Source: Mobula hypostoma
Taxonomy: Eukaryota
DNA: 64,000 bases
Reading direction: 5' to 3'
Assembly: GCF_963921235.1 (NCBI RefSeq)
Contig: NC_086098.1
Coordinates: 154,504,001 to 154,568,000 of the forward strand
Position numbers and translations under genes: made by a program. The notes beneath the pieces are model-generated. The model was given only the letters and a program-made list of their open reading frames with translations, had not been told where the DNA came from and did no database searches. The first letter of the stretch is position 1. Every line of letters starts with the position of its first letter. Positions 36,401 to 49,734 of the stretch are shown piece after piece.

Positions 36401-39400
36401 CCGTCGGTTTCCTGGGATACATCATTGAGAGCGGGCAGGTGAAAGCGGATCCCGAAAAGATCCGGCTGTGGCACAGTGGCCAAAACCCACGACGCTCAAA
36501 AGCTCCAGCGATTTCTGGGGTTCGCAAACTTCTACAGTCACTTCAGCAGGGATTACAGCTGGGTGGCAGCGTCGCTTACTCAACTCACCTCTCCTACGAC
36601 CCCTTTCCACTGGACGCCCGAAGCGGACTCAGCCTTCTCGGAGCTGAAGAGGCATTTCACCTCCGGTCCCATCCTGGTACAACCAGACCCCTCTCGCCAA
36701 TTCATTGTGGAAGTCGACGCCTCGGACTCTGGGGTGGGAGCGGTACCCTCCCAACGCTCCGTCCCAGACCAAAAACTCCATCCCTGCACCTTCTTCTCTC
36801 GCCCTCTATCCCCCGCCGAACGGAACTACGACGTTGGGAACCGGGAGCGATGGCCGTCAAACTCGTCTTGGAGGAGTGGAGGCTCTGGCTGGAGGGAGAA
36901 GAACACCCATTCATCGTCTGGAAGGACCATAAGAACCTGGCATACATCCAAACAGCTAAACGCCTTAGTTCCCGCCAAGCCCGATGGGCACTATTTTTTG
37001 GCCGTTTCAAATTCACCCTCACCTATCGTCCTGGTTCCAAGAACGGGAAGCCACATGCCCTCTCTCGTCAATACGTCTCCGGGGAGGGCCCTTCCAACTC
37101 TGATACCATCCTTCCACCATACTGTATTGTGGCAGCCCTCACCTGGGAGTTCGAATCCATAGTCAAAGAGGCCCAACAGGCTTAACCTGACCTAGGCAAT
37201 GGACACCCCAATCGCCTCTTCGTGCTTGATTCTGTCCGGTCTCAAGTTCTCCAGTGGGGGCATATTTCCCGTTTCGCCTGCCATACTGGAATCGATCCAA
37301 CTCTGTTCCTTCTGAAGCGACATTTCTGATGGCCCTCCATGGATGCTGACACTCGCTCCTTCGTCTCTGCGCGCTCTGTTTGTGCCCGCGGAAAAGCCTC
37401 CCATCGGCCACCTGCTGGGCTGCTTCGTCCCCTACCTGTCCCTGGCCGCCCTTGGTCGCATATAGCTCTGAATTTCGTCACTGGACTACCCCCTTCACAT
37501 GGTAACACTGCTGTACTCACCGTGGTCGACCGTTTCTCCAAAGCCGTGAACTTCATAGCCCTTCCCAAACTCCCTACATCCCGTGAAACAGCCGAACTCC
37601 TTCTCCAACACGTCTTCCGCCTTCATGAAATTCCCTCTGACATTATCTCTGACCGGGGTCCCCAATTCATCTCTCAAGTCTGTAAATTCTTCCGTCAAGC
37701 CCTCGGAGCTTCAGTAAGTCTGTCTTCTGGTTTCCACCCACAGACTAACGGTCAAACGGAACGAGCAAATCAGGATTTGGAAGCAGCACTGCGCTTCATA
37801 TCCGCCAACAACCTGTCATCCTGGAGCACCCATCTCACTTGGGTGGAGTACGCCCACAACACCCTGGTCAGCACCGCCACCGGAATGTCTCCCTTCGAAT
37901 GCTCCCTCGGCTATCAACCCCCTCTCTTTCCTGCCCATGAAGACGACATCGCTCTGCCTCCATTTCAGGCCCAACTCTGCAGGTGCCGCAAGGTCTGGAA
38001 GGATCCACGCTCGGCCCTGCTGCGCTCCGCTGACCGCAACCGGAGGACTGCCGATGGCCACCAAATTCCAGCGGCCAACTATCGGCCTGGTCAGAAGGTT
38101 TGGCCCTCTTCAAGAGACATCCCCCTCAAGAATGAATCCAAGAAACATCAGACCATTCGTAATCGAGAGCCTCATCAACCCCTCGGTCGTCAAACTCAAA
38201 CTGCCCAGATCTATGCACATTAATCCCACGCTCCACGTCTCTCAACTGAAACCTGTGTGTGTCCGCCCTTTGTGCCCTCCTGCTGAACCTCCTCCACTCG
38301 CCCGGGTCATTGACGACTACCCAGCTTACGCAATCCGGCGAAGTCCGGATGTGCGCCACCGAGGTAGGTGCGCCGACCAGGTATAGTCTCCGGTACTTGG
38401 TCGATTGGGAGGGATACGGTCCTGAGGAGCGCGCCTGGATTCCCTGCTCCTTCATCTTGGACCCTTTCCTCATCCGAGATTTCCATCTCGACAATCCAGA
38501 CAAGCCTGGTGGTTCGCCTGGAGGCTCCCGTTGTAGGGGGGGGGGGGGAACGGAGACTGTCCCGACCGTTAGTTCCCCATTTTCTCCTAATTCCCTTTGA
38601 TGGCTGCACACCTGGTTCTCATCGAGACCCGCAGCATATAAAACCCCGGCTTTGCATCCACTCGTTGCCAGATTGTTGTTTAGCCAGTGTGGTTATTAAA
38701 GTTCCCGACCGCTGAGGACTGTATATTCTAAGTTTTACTTCAGTACCGAGGTTTACCTGTGTAACTCCGTCTCTCCGTGTCAAGATAAGTTTTGCCTGCC
38801 GCCTGTCTCCTGTTTGCCGTTCAGCAACAGCAACGCCCTGTGTCAAGATAAGTTCTGCCTGCCTCCTGCTTTCCTGTTCACCCTCCTGTTTGCCGTTCAG
38901 CTCCAGCCACTCTCACACCCCCGTCTGCATCCTAACTCAATCTCCGTGCCAGTGTCCTGCGTTTGGGTCCGCACCTTCCTTTGCAACATATTCGTTGGAA
39001 CGTAAAAGACTCAGGGGAGACTCCATAGAGATATACAAAACGATGAGGGATATAGATGGGATAAATTCAAGTAGGCTTTTTCCCTCTGAAATTGGGTGAA
39101 ACTACAACTGGAGGTCATGAGTTAAGGGTGAAAGGTGAAACGTTTAAGGAGAGCTTCAGGGAAAACTATTTTACCCAGAGGGCCCCGAGATTGTTGTGCG
39201 AGCTACCAGCGCGAGTGGTGCATTCAAGCTCGATTTCAAAGTTGAAGAGAAGTTTGGATAGGTATGTGGATGGTAGGGGTACGGAGGACCGTGTTCAGAT
39301 TGCAGACCGATGGGATCAGGCACTTTAAATAATTCGGCACGAACTAGATGGGCCGAAGAGTCTGTTTCTGTGCTGTATTTTGCTATTACTCCATTACTCT
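33470..39400 (+). mobile_element. CR1 3' fragment split by gypsy element 1 (33470-33674 and 38989-39400)
   Basis: Joining the flanks gives RLNRLGHYSLERKRLRGDSIEIYKTM. Confidence 0.85.
33675..38988 (+). mobile_element. Full-length but disrupted sushi-type chromoviral Ty3/gypsy element 1; LTRs 33675-34173 and ~38549-38988; TSD TATTC
   Basis: TG..CA ends; TATTC at 33670-33674 and 38989-38993; gag ATG 34190, protease LVDSGA, RT MPFGLTN..YFDDIL, RNase H, integrase, chromodomain [12 protein letters not shown]; G-run PPT; many stops and frameshifts. Confidence 0.95.
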
Positions 39401-40415
39401 ATGACCTTGCTATCATGATGAATATATCAAGAGCATGTTTTCTAAATAGTAAGATGGCAGGAATCTAAAATAAAAGGGGTTATTTTTTCCTTTAAATGAT
39501 GGGGCATTATGTATAACAAGTTAAAGCAAGTACTTTGAAGAATTAACAATATGCTATCCCTAGTTGTTAAAGGAACACAGTTAAAAAGTAGGGAGTTATT
39601 CTTCATGTGATATGATACTGAAGAAACAAATATGGAATGTGCACAGAATTAGTCGTATTTAAGGAGGATGTCAATGCGCTGGAAGCAGGCTGGAGAAAGC
39701 ATACTAAAACTAGTACGTGGACTGGGCAATTCTCCTGGGAAACAAAATTGGATAGACTAGGCGTGTATCTTCCAGAGTTTAGAAGAGTGATGCGAAACAT
39801 AGTGATCCTTACTTGTCCTGACGGCTTAAGGTGAAGAGAACATCTTTCTTATGGGAACTATGAATTTTGGACAACCTTTTGAAATATGGAGTCGTAATTT
39901 TGAGACTCTTCCTTACACTCTATTCTGTCTGTCTCTTCTTTGCCCTCTCTCCCAATCTATCTAAGGCCTTCTGCAGGCTCCTTGCTTCTTAAATACTCCT
40001 GCCCTATTACCTTAGTATTGTCCACAAACTTGCCCACAAAACCATCAATAAAATCTCCTTTATTTCCAGGCCCATTTTCTCTTCTCTATTCGATTTCTCT
40101 GACAAAAACAACAAAGTTCTGAATTTGCATTAATAGTCTTGACAGCGGTTGGTGAAATATATTTTGCAACGTATTTTTTAAGTAATCTTGGTTGGATTTC
40201 ATACTAACGAGTCCCTATAACTATGACCAAGAGGACGAAAGGTGCAATTAATTATCAGAGAAATTCACTCACATATTAAATGTAATTCCATGAATGCCGT
40301 CAATTGGATATCGCAGACATGCTACTGCACTATTATTTCAGACAAAAATCGTTTGTAGCGCTCTGCTCACATCCCTCCATCGTGACTTCGTCAAAAAACC
40401 TGCAGGCAAGGGTGT

Positions 40416-40426
40416 GTGTGGTGTGT

Positions 40427-40474
<48 letters not shown>
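40416..40474. repeat. (TG)n microsatellite
   Basis: Direct reading. Confidence 0.95.
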
Positions 40475-40477
<3 letters not shown>

Positions 40478-40629
40478 CGCGCGCGCAGGAACAATCTCGT
40501 TCCAATTAAGATACTTTAATACACATTTACTCCATCCTGACTCTGAAGGGACAACACTCATACCCTCACACACGAGGAAATCTGCAGAGCTGGAATTTCA
40601 AGCAACACACGTAAACGTTGCTGGGGAAA

Positions 40630-40758
40630 GCAGCAGACCAGGCAGCATCTATTGGAAGAAGTACAGTCGACGTTTCGGGCCGAGACCCTTCGTCAGGAAG
40701 GGTCTCGGCCCGAAACGTCGACTGTACCTCTTCCAATAGATGCTGCCTGGCCTGCTGC
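40630..40758. repeat. Near-perfect palindrome of two Penelope terminal repeats (62-bp arms, 5-nt loop, 2 mismatches)
   Basis: Left arm 40630-40691, loop gtcag, right arm 40697-40758. Confidence 0.95.
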
Positions 40759-40869
40759 GATGTGTGTTGCTCATACCCTCCAATGTTTTATTAACGCCCA
40801 ATTCTCTTGCGGTAACTGCTGCACCTTTACCGCGAACGTTCAGTCTCCATACACTTCTATGACCCATTG

Positions 40870-41800
40870 GGATGTTTTGGCGCCCTGTGCTTCTTTCTGG
40901 AGCAAAATCTCAGCCAGTTCCCCTCTATTACTGTCCTATGTTCATGGCCCAACTAGTGCTTACCCTGAATAACTTTTCTTTTGATTCCTCCCACTTTCTA
41001 CAAATCAAATGTGTCGCCCTGGGAGCTCGTGTGGACCCCAGATGTGCTTGTCCTTTTGTTACCCACGGAAAATCCTTATTTCAGATCTAATCTCTCAATA
41101 CTCCCCATCTCTTTCCCTGCAAATCGACTGCATTGATGTTTGTTCCTACATGTGCACAGCTCGACTATCACATGTGCCACAGATTTCCACTGTGTCCTCA
41201 AAATGTTTCGTTTCCATTTACTGGATCCTTCCTTTCTAACCCAGGGTACAAACTACCCAGTTATGTCAATTATAACCACATGGATTCCCACAGCTACCTC
41301 AACAACATTTCCTCCCACGTTGTCTCCAGTGGAAATCTGTGCCTTCCTCCACTTTCTCTTTCTCTGCTTCATTGGTTCTCAAATGAGTCTTTCTACTATA
41401 GGACCTCTGATATGTCCCCTTCTTCTGGAAACGTAGGTGTCCCTCTGACTAGTTGATGTAGCTGTCACGCTCAATCCCATCATTTCCACACCTCCGCTTT
41501 CCCCAGCGAGAAGCCAGACAGAAGTGAATAGAACCACCTCCCCCCACCCCGTCATTTATCCTACAGCCATCAGAGGTGAATCACTTCACCCTTCACATCG
41601 TTCCTCTCCACCACACTGGGATATAAACAGCTCTTCCATCCTGATCTATTTCATTAGATGTTCGCCAGGTAGTATCCTCTACATCGGTCCAACGAAGCAG
41701 AGGCTACGCAACAGCCTTACACAGTGCAGTCCGCAGTGTAATATAAGCTTCATATTACACGTCATTTCAACTCTCGCTCCCATTCCCAAGTGATCTATTT
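40870..41800 (+). mobile_element. Old Penelope-like RT/endonuclease remnant
   Basis: LVLTLNNFSFDSSHFLQIKCVALGARVDP resembles the RT at 63570-63660. Confidence 0.7.
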
Positions 41801-41809
41801 TTAGTCCTT

Positions 41810-42070
41810 TACTACAGAGATGAAAAGGAATTTATTTAACCAGAGAGTGGTGAATCTGTGGAATCCATCGACGCAGGCGGCTGTGGAGGCCAAGTCATTG
41901 GGTATATTTAATGCGAGGTTGATAGGCTCTTGATTTGGGTGTCAGTTTACGGGAAAAAGACAGGGGAATGGAGTTGAGATGGATAATAAATCAGTCACGA
42001 TGGAATGACACTTAATGGGCTGAATGGTCTGTCTGCTTCTATGCCCAATGGTATTACGGTCTCTCTGACA
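41810..42070 (+). mobile_element. CR1 3' fragment
   Basis: tttaaccagagagtggtgaatctgtggaat..gtggaggccaagtcattgggtatattta is a typical CR1 3' end. Confidence 0.7.
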
Positions 42071-42161
42071 CATGGGGCAAATGCAACACTACAGGAACAT
42101 CCGCATCGGTAGCCTGCAAACCAATGGTAAAAATAGAGAATTTTCCTATTTCAGTGAACAG

Positions 42162-42274
42162 CTCTCCCCAGTCCCCTGTGTTCCTTTCTCACTCTTGCCG
42201 ATTCGGCAGGATGCTCCCTCACTTTCTTCCTTATTTCTATCTATTACCCTTCCCCCAAATCCAACCCCTCCCCC

Positions 42275-42321
<47 letters not shown>

Positions 42322-44085
42322 GCCAATATCACCTTCACCTGGCCCCATGTGTCCACCAGCAGTACACCTCCACTCATTTAATTCCCCTACCCTCTCCAGC
42401 CTTTGCCTTGCTCCTCTGTCGCACATCCATATACTGGTTATTTGCCCTCTATTTTCTCCATACAGTGTTTCGAACAGACACTTCTACCATCCTGTTGCTT
42501 CCACAGATGTCGCTTGACCTACTGAGTTTCTATCAATTTACTCTTTGCTCCCGATTCCAGTATCAACAGCATCATGGTTTCCAATTCATTATAATGACAA
42601 TATTGTTAAACTATCGTTCAGAACTATAGGTGTTATTCCCCTGAATTTGGGATACATAATTTACGAGAATTAACAGCACTTAATTCCAGCAATTTAAAGA
42701 GAGCCAATAATGGCTCGATTCATTTCTTGTGAATGAAGTACACGAACAGTGCACGGGGTTAGATTACATGGAGCTGATTCACGCCATTGAAGCCTTGAAG
42801 ATTTTAAAAAGCGGAATTGTACACGGCAGTCTGCAAAAATTGTATCAGGAACTGCTTGTAGCGAGTGAACAGATGAGAAGCACGAAATGACAATATTGTT
42901 AACTTTAAACGTGTAACGTGTCACGTCGAGACCGTTGAGGAATCGTTTGCTGTCGTAGGTTGATCCAGAAGCGGGTGAAGTGAAGATAAAGGTACCAACT
43001 TCAAAACAAATAATTCATTGGAAGAAGAAGACTGAGGGCACGGATACAGATTCTGGTTCTGATTGCTGTACAAGAGGCGTTATCGTGCGTTCAGAACACT
43101 TTATATAAAAGCCCGCAGATTGTCCTCAATTACAAAAAAAAACTGAGTGGATTGTGAAAAACATTTGCTATACTGCCGTCACGTTTGTGAACTAGTCGAT
43201 GGGAAAGATGTACTATCCCTGGAAGTCATACAGTGAAGATTCACTGAAAATGTCACGTCTGAACAGTAAATCAAATCGATTTTAATCTTTTAAAAGATGT
43301 CATAAGTCAATAGATTAGTTTGAAGGGAAGTACTTCAATTTTGAAGGTCATTGGGAAAACACTCTGGATTTTAAAACAAGTGGCAAATTAGACTGCTGGA
43401 ATCCAAAAGCAAGCTAGCCAATAATATTACAGAGGATACCGAAGCTTTCCTCAGAGTCATAAAGTGCGAAAGTGTAAATGGATAATGGACAGTTGGAAAA
43501 TAATGCTGGAGAGGTAACAATGGGGAACAACGAAACAGAAGACGAACTGAATAAGTATTTTGCATCAGTCGTCATTGTGGAAGACACTAGCAGTATGATG
43601 GAGGTCAGCGGGCATGAAGTGTGTGAAGTTGCTATAAGGGTTTCTTCTTTCATGTTACTTGCTAAGGCTAATAATGAAATAGCTGCTCTGCACTGTATAA
43701 TGAAACGGTACTCTGTACTGTTAACTGATGAGGTAATGTTCTCTGTAGCAGCATGTTTGGGTATAATTAGTGATAACGGAACTTGTATTCATTTGCTAAC
43801 CAATTCGGATAGATGTTATTCTTTCTGTCTGTCTGAACGTTGTTAGTTTGCGCGGGCTTGGGGGAGAAAGCGCGAAGAAAATGAAGAAAGAAGACCTGGC
43901 TTGAGGAGACGTTTGCGGGACCCGCTGGGTCTGAGCTCGGGGCGGAAGCCCAGGGGTCGACGACGAGCGAAGGAGGATCAGCGAAAGGGAATTCGTGAGC
44001 TTCAATGTTGTGCACTGGACATGATTATGAGATTATTGGCGCCTTTTATTTGATTCCCTTTTCTTTTGTTTTTCTACTAACCCCA
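42162..44085 (+). repeat. 1.9-kb duplicated block, copy 1 (copy 2 at 61031-62930)
   Basis: Collinear from ctctcccca to actaacccca; includes a CR1 piece (ELNKYFASV) and an LTR-like piece at ~43700-44085. Confidence 0.95.
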
Positions 44086-44149
44086 GTTGAATGAGGTTGA
44101 ATTTTTAATGAGCACGTAACATTCAACAGAAAGCAGTTAACTGAAAGTG

Positions 44150-45200
44150 CAAATAAATCAGAATCAATTTCAGGTTTATAATCACCGGCATGTGACGTGA
44201 AATTTGTCAAGCAGAGAAAAAATAATAATAATAAATAAAATAAAAATTATAACAAATAAACAAGTAAATCAATTACGTATATTGAATAGATTTTAAAACG
44301 TGCAAATATAAAAAACACTGTATATTTTAGAAAGTGAGGTAGAGTCCAAAGATTCAATGTCTGTTTAGGAATGAACAGCAGAGGGGAAGCAACTGTTCCT
44401 GAATCGCTGAGTGTGTGCCTTCAGTTTTCTGTACTTCCTACCTGATGGTAACCATGAGAAAATGGCATGCCCTGGGTACTGGAGGTTCTTAATAATGGAC
44501 GCTGCCTTTCTGAGGCACCGCTCGCTCTCCTTAAAGATGTCCTGGGTACTTTGTAGGCTAGTACCCAAGATGGAGCGGACTAGATTTGCAACCTTCTGCA
44601 GCTTCTTTCGGTCCTGTGCATTAGCCCATCCACAGACAGTGATACAGCCTGTTAGAACACTCTCCACGGTACAACTGTAGAAGTTTTTGAGTGTATTTGT
44701 TAACATGTCAAATCTCTTCAAACACCTAATAAAGTATGTTATTGCCAATCTGCAAAGATTGTGGTCTTTCGGTTAGGAAGTCGAGGATCCAATTGCAGAG
44801 GGAGGTAAAAAGGCCCAGGTTCTTCAACATCTCAATCACGGTTGTAGGAATGATGGTATTAAATGCTGAGCTATAGTCGATGAACAGCGTCCTGACATAG
44901 GCGTTTGTGTTGTCCAGGTGGTCTAAAGCCGTGTGGAGAGCCATTGAGATTGCGTTTGCCGTTGACCTGTTGCAACAATAAGCAAATTGCAATGGGTCCA
45001 GGTCCTTGCCGAGGCAGGAGTTCAGTCTAGTCATGACCAAACTCTGAAATTATTTCATCACTGTCGATGTGAGTGCTACCGGGTGATAGTCATTAAGGCA
45101 GCCCACGTTATTCTTCTTAGGTACTTCTATAATTGTTGCCTTTTGGAAACAAGTGGGAACATCTGCCCGTAGCAGTGAGAGGTTGAAAACTTCCTTGAAT
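44150..45200 (-). mobile_element. Rex1/Babar LINE RT fragment
   Basis: [31 protein letters not shown]; FYSCTVESVLTGCITV. Confidence 0.9.
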
Positions 45201-45609
45201 ACTCCCGCTACTTGATTGGCACAGGTTTTCAGAGCCTTACCAGGTACTCAGTCGGGACCTTTATACAAGTAAATAAGCATGAACGGACGGATATTACCGA
45301 GGAATACCTGTTGGACTATTTGGATTGGGACTTCAATATTAAAGGTAACATCACATTCATGAAGGACAGGAAGATGATGAAATGCACAAGGATTCGTTGC
45401 TAGTGAATGTTGATCTCAGAGCAATGAAGATAGATGGCCTACTTTCAGGGCATTGGGTGGAAGATGTGGTTTGAAAAATAATAAAGCCAAAATTCCCAGT
45501 GGTATATGAATCCTGGCACAAATACAGCAGCAAGATATTAGGACTACGTGCATCCGACGAAGCAAAGGCTGTTTACCATATTTGCACGTTCATGGTTATT
45601 TGGAATTTT

Positions 45610-45925
45610 TTATAGGCATCCGTCGTCTCATGAGATGTGACCATCGTTTGCGCCTTGGAAGGTTTCCAGGGTGCGGCCTGGGCAAGGAAGACCAACAATT
45701 GTATGGAGGACCAACAGTTGCCCATGCTGCAAGTCTCCCCTCTCCACGTCACCGATGTTTTCCAAGGGAAGGGCATTAGGACTCATATAGCTTGGAACCG
45801 GTGTCCTCGCAGAGCAATGTGTGGTTAAGTGCCTTGCTCAAGGACAAACACGCTGTCTCAGCCAATGCTCGACTTAGCGACCTTCAGATCACTAGACGAA
45901 CGCCTAAACCACTTGGCCACGTGCC
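45610..45925 (-). mobile_element. tRNA-derived SINE
   Basis: Minus strand begins ggcacgtggccaagtggtt (A box), then a degenerate B box and gtccttgagcaaggcacttaacc core-like segment. Confidence 0.75.
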
Positions 45926-47799
45926 AACACATATTTGGAATCATACTGCAAAGTAAACAGATGGGCGAAAGTCTGTGAGGTGCTCATTAAATATTTTGGA
46001 ATATTTTAGAACAACTTGTTCTAGCGCCAACCAAAGGATATTAAGAAGGAATTAGGAGCGGAGATTCCATTTGAATCAGCCGCAATTTTAATAATTGGAG
46101 GATCAGCCCAGAGAGCCGAGAGCGCTACTTCGTATGCAAAGTATGACGTGACAGAAGAATATTACTGAGCAAGTAGGTTTTATTTTACTGAGGATCCATT
46201 TGATTCCTGGCCCCAGTCACCCTCAATGTCAGGTGATTCCATACTTGCATCAAGAGAAGTGGCAATTCAAAATCGCAAATGATCTCCATATCCATGTGCT
46301 TACAGTGAAGCACGTAGTAAATATCACATTATATTGGTTCGTGTGGCATGTGCGCCAGTAGGTGGAAGTGTTGCATCATTTGATACCCATATTTCATGTA
46401 AAAAAAAAGGAAGAATCGGGTCTTGAACGCATAAAATAGCAGCGACTGTGCACTGCATCGATTTCCCAAAATGGGTTCATTGAAGTCATTACTCTAGAAT
46501 GAATGTTATCTTTAACAAACTGACATTCCCATACCGCAGCACTCAAATGAAAATGTTGATGAATTGTCCGTTGCAGGATCTAACAACGGGTCATCATGGG
46601 TAAGTATGAAGGTTATAGGAATCTCGGAGTCAATAGAAAACAGAAATCAGCGACGAAGAGCACCGGTAGGAAAAAATGGCTAGTGAAAATCATGCAAAAA
46701 TCGGGAAATATTTCGATGGAACACGAGCGACAATTGTTGCATCAGATATCTAGCGCACCGGATTACAGGAAATTTTCTATTTAATACCGAACAGTGTTGC
46801 CGGAGTCTAATAAAATAGGACACGCTAATCCAATCCCTTACTACTCTCCGTATTTTACGTCTCAACTTCATACAAAATACAAAGCAATCAATCTAAGAAC
46901 AGCGGCGTATTGAGTCTCATTCGAAGTATCACGTTTACACTACAGCACTCTCTCCTTTCCGGCCACTCTGGTGAAACGCCAAACAGTTGCATTGTCTATC
47001 CACCATTACAAGAACTGCAGCTCATCGGTACAGTAAACACTTTAAATGCATTGTAGTACTTAATCTTCAAGGCTATTTTACATTGACGTTATAAACGTAT
47101 AACACGTAAGACGGAAAAGCGTTTACACGAGCAGTTTAACACAATATTCTGTTGATTATATTAATGATACTTTCCACTTCGGAGACGAGGGTGTAGAATA
47201 GCAGAAACATGAGGATGATTTTCCAAGATATATTCGGGAAATAGCAAGTCGGGATTGTTCAAATACCAGCCTCCTCGCCTGTCTGTCTGCTGCGCTGCAT
47301 CGATTTTACAAATCCTTCTTTGCCCTACAACTACTCTACTCTTTAAAGGTTTAACTCTCGTTCAAGCAGGAGGTAAAGGAGGTGAAGGGACTTGCTGCAA
47401 AGTTCATACAGTGCTATCGCAGAGAGGGTACGCCAAAGAGACTTTACTCAGATTCCTTCTAAGCTTTCCGCATAACATTTCTGTTTTCTCGCAATAATCA
47501 GTCTTTCTGTTTGCCTGTTGTCTATTCATCGCTTCGGATTTCTGGACAGATGCAGCCCTTCGCGCCCTGAGCTATTCGGGACCATGGCAACCTCAAGCTA
47601 CAGTACTTCAGCCGTTTCTTCCCATTATGTCACACTGCCAGTATATTTCCCTTCTGGACATTTGTGTTGGGGAGAGGGAGTTTTAGGGTTGAATGGAAAT
47701 GTGTAAATATCAGTCGACAGTGACCCTGTGAATCGGTCATAAGATATCACGTAAATTGCTAAATTTTCAAAAATATTTTTATTCTTGTTACATTTACCG

Positions 47800-48440
47800 A
47801 GGTGCAGTGAACAGCTTAACTTGCAGGTCATTCATGCAGATCAGTTCATCAGTGCAATTTGACAGCACAGTGCGCAGAATAAAGTGTTACAGCTATAGAG
47901 AAAGTGCAGTATAGGTAGACAGTAAGGGGCATAACGACGTAGATTGTGAGGTCAAGAGTCTATCTGATCTCAGGAGGAAAACATTCAGTGGTCACATAAC
48001 AGAAAGATAGACGCTGTCTGTGAGCCTGGTGGTATGTGCCTTTAAGGCTTTTGGATCTTCTGCCCGATGGGATGGGGGAGAAGAGAGAATGTCGGTGATG
48101 GATGACGTCTTTGCTTATATTGGCTGCTTTGGCGAGGCAGTGAAAAGTGTATATAGAGACCAGAGTGAGGAGTTGGCTTCCGTGATGTGCTGAGCTCTAT
48201 AAACAATTCTCTATAAACAACTCTCTGTAGATACCATACCCAGCCGCGCTGCACCTAGACAGAATTCATCGATAAAAATTGCTGAGAGCCAAGGTTAGAC
48301 TCCCGAGGATGTAGTGGCGCCGGTCAGCGCTCTTTGCCCTGGTATCTACGTGGATGGACTAGGATGCCTTGTTGGTGATGTCCACTCCACGGAACTTGAA
48401 TTTCTCAACTCTCTCGACCTCAGCACCGTTAACATAGCTG
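47800..48440 (-). mobile_element. LINE (Rex/Babar-like) 3' remnant directly upstream of the V2 promoter
   Basis: Resembles the 3' region of 44150-44700; decayed. Confidence 0.5.
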
Positions 48441-48487
48441 CCCCGCCCATTTCCTGAAATCAAGATTCAGTTCGTTCGTGAGTAGAG

Positions 48488-48538
48488 ATTTGCATGAATA
48501 TATAGTTCAGTGACGTCGCATCTTCTACAATTCTTAAA
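48488..48538 (+). promoter_or_regulatory. V promoter of cluster C
   Basis: Perfect octamer ATTTGCAT 48488-48495; AGTGACGTCG 48509-48518; TTCTTAAA 48531-48538. Confidence 0.8.
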
Positions 48539-48615
48539 GAGCAGCTTCGAAACAGCACTGAACAGGACTTGTGTCCAAAAGCCTTTGACTTCCGATTCGT
48601 CATTTCTGCTTCACG

Positions 48616-48664
48616 ATGGCTAAATGGGTCCAGGTTCTAGCCGCGCTTGTGTTCTGTTTGTTCA
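48616..48664 (+). pseudogene. IGLV: Leader exon, cluster C ([16 protein letters not shown])
   Basis: cgATGG start, donor gtaagt at 48665. Confidence 0.9.
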
Positions 48665-48755
48665 GTAAGTAGAATGCTTAATCTTTGCCAATACTGTCCT
48701 TTCTACTGTGTATTTTACTTAAGGTTTTTAAATAATTATTTGTTATTTTCGCCAG

Positions 48756-49103
48756 CTGCAAACGCGGAGATGACTTTGACTCAGTCTCCGTCTGTATCGG
48801 CGTCTCCGGGTAGAACCGTGAAGATCATTTGTACCATGTCAGGGGGTAGCATCGGCAGCTACTACACGAGCTGGTACATGCAGAAACCCGGCAGCGCCCC
48901 AGTTTTTGTGTGGTATGGAAGCTCCACGAGAGGATCAGGAATTCCAGATCAATTCACCGGTTCCATAGACACATCAAGCAACTAAATGCATTTAACCATC
49001 ACCAACGTGCAATGGGAGGACGCCGCCGATTATTACTGTGGTGTCTGGGACGATAACATAAACAGATTCACCTTTGGGAGAGGAACTAAACTGAATTTCA
49101 ACA
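48756..49103 (+). pseudogene. IGLV: Germline-joined V-J exon with a single in-frame stop (TAA 48983-48985)
   Basis: [72 protein letters not shown]; donor gtaagt 49104; L+VJ+C=720 nt, in frame. Confidence 0.92.
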
Positions 49104-49734
49104 GTAAGTTAATATTTGCTGGGCTGAGATCGCATTAAACTTTGTTTGATATTTCTTTAGTTTGTACCTTGGAATAATGTTATCTGTTCTTCGAAGCTGT
49201 TTACAGAGCGCTTCCCATTGTATCTTTACAATACCGCAGGCAGAAAGCTAGCACATATACATCCTGTTTGCTTGGTAGTGTTACTCAGTTTGGCTGAAAA
49301 GTATTTTCTAAATACCCAGAGTTCATTGAAGTCAGATTTTTTTAAATAGCTTCGTGAATACATGCTACTTGCTGTTATCGAGGGTTCCTTAAAAGTTTCC
49401 CAGGGAACAGAGAAGTGATTTATTAAAATATATTCACAACTGTGAGGTTTTGCATTAGACAGCAGGGGTGAGGTCGTGCTTAGAACCAGCAAGTGCTTGT
49501 ATGAGGGATCTGAATGCCAATTGTCCTGAATACATTTTGTTATTTTTTTTAATTATTTCTGGTAATATTACTATATTGTTGTGCTTGAGTTATATGTACC
49601 CTGGTCTCCAAGAACGTTGTTATGTTTGACCATATACGTGTACACAGTTGACTGCCAATAAATTTTATCCTGAACCTGAGGCTTAACAGGGACAAGAGCA
49701 GAGCTGTGAATGTTAACGATTTGCAATAGAGAAT

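Noticed and set aside
45850-45925. tRNA gene
   Set aside because: Degenerate B box, no complete cloverleaf, and it continues into a SINE body.
47866-47893. CACAGTG heptamer upstream of V2 (others at ~7545, ~17952, ~41719)
   Set aside because: No nonamer at 12 or 23 nt, and all lie within repeats.
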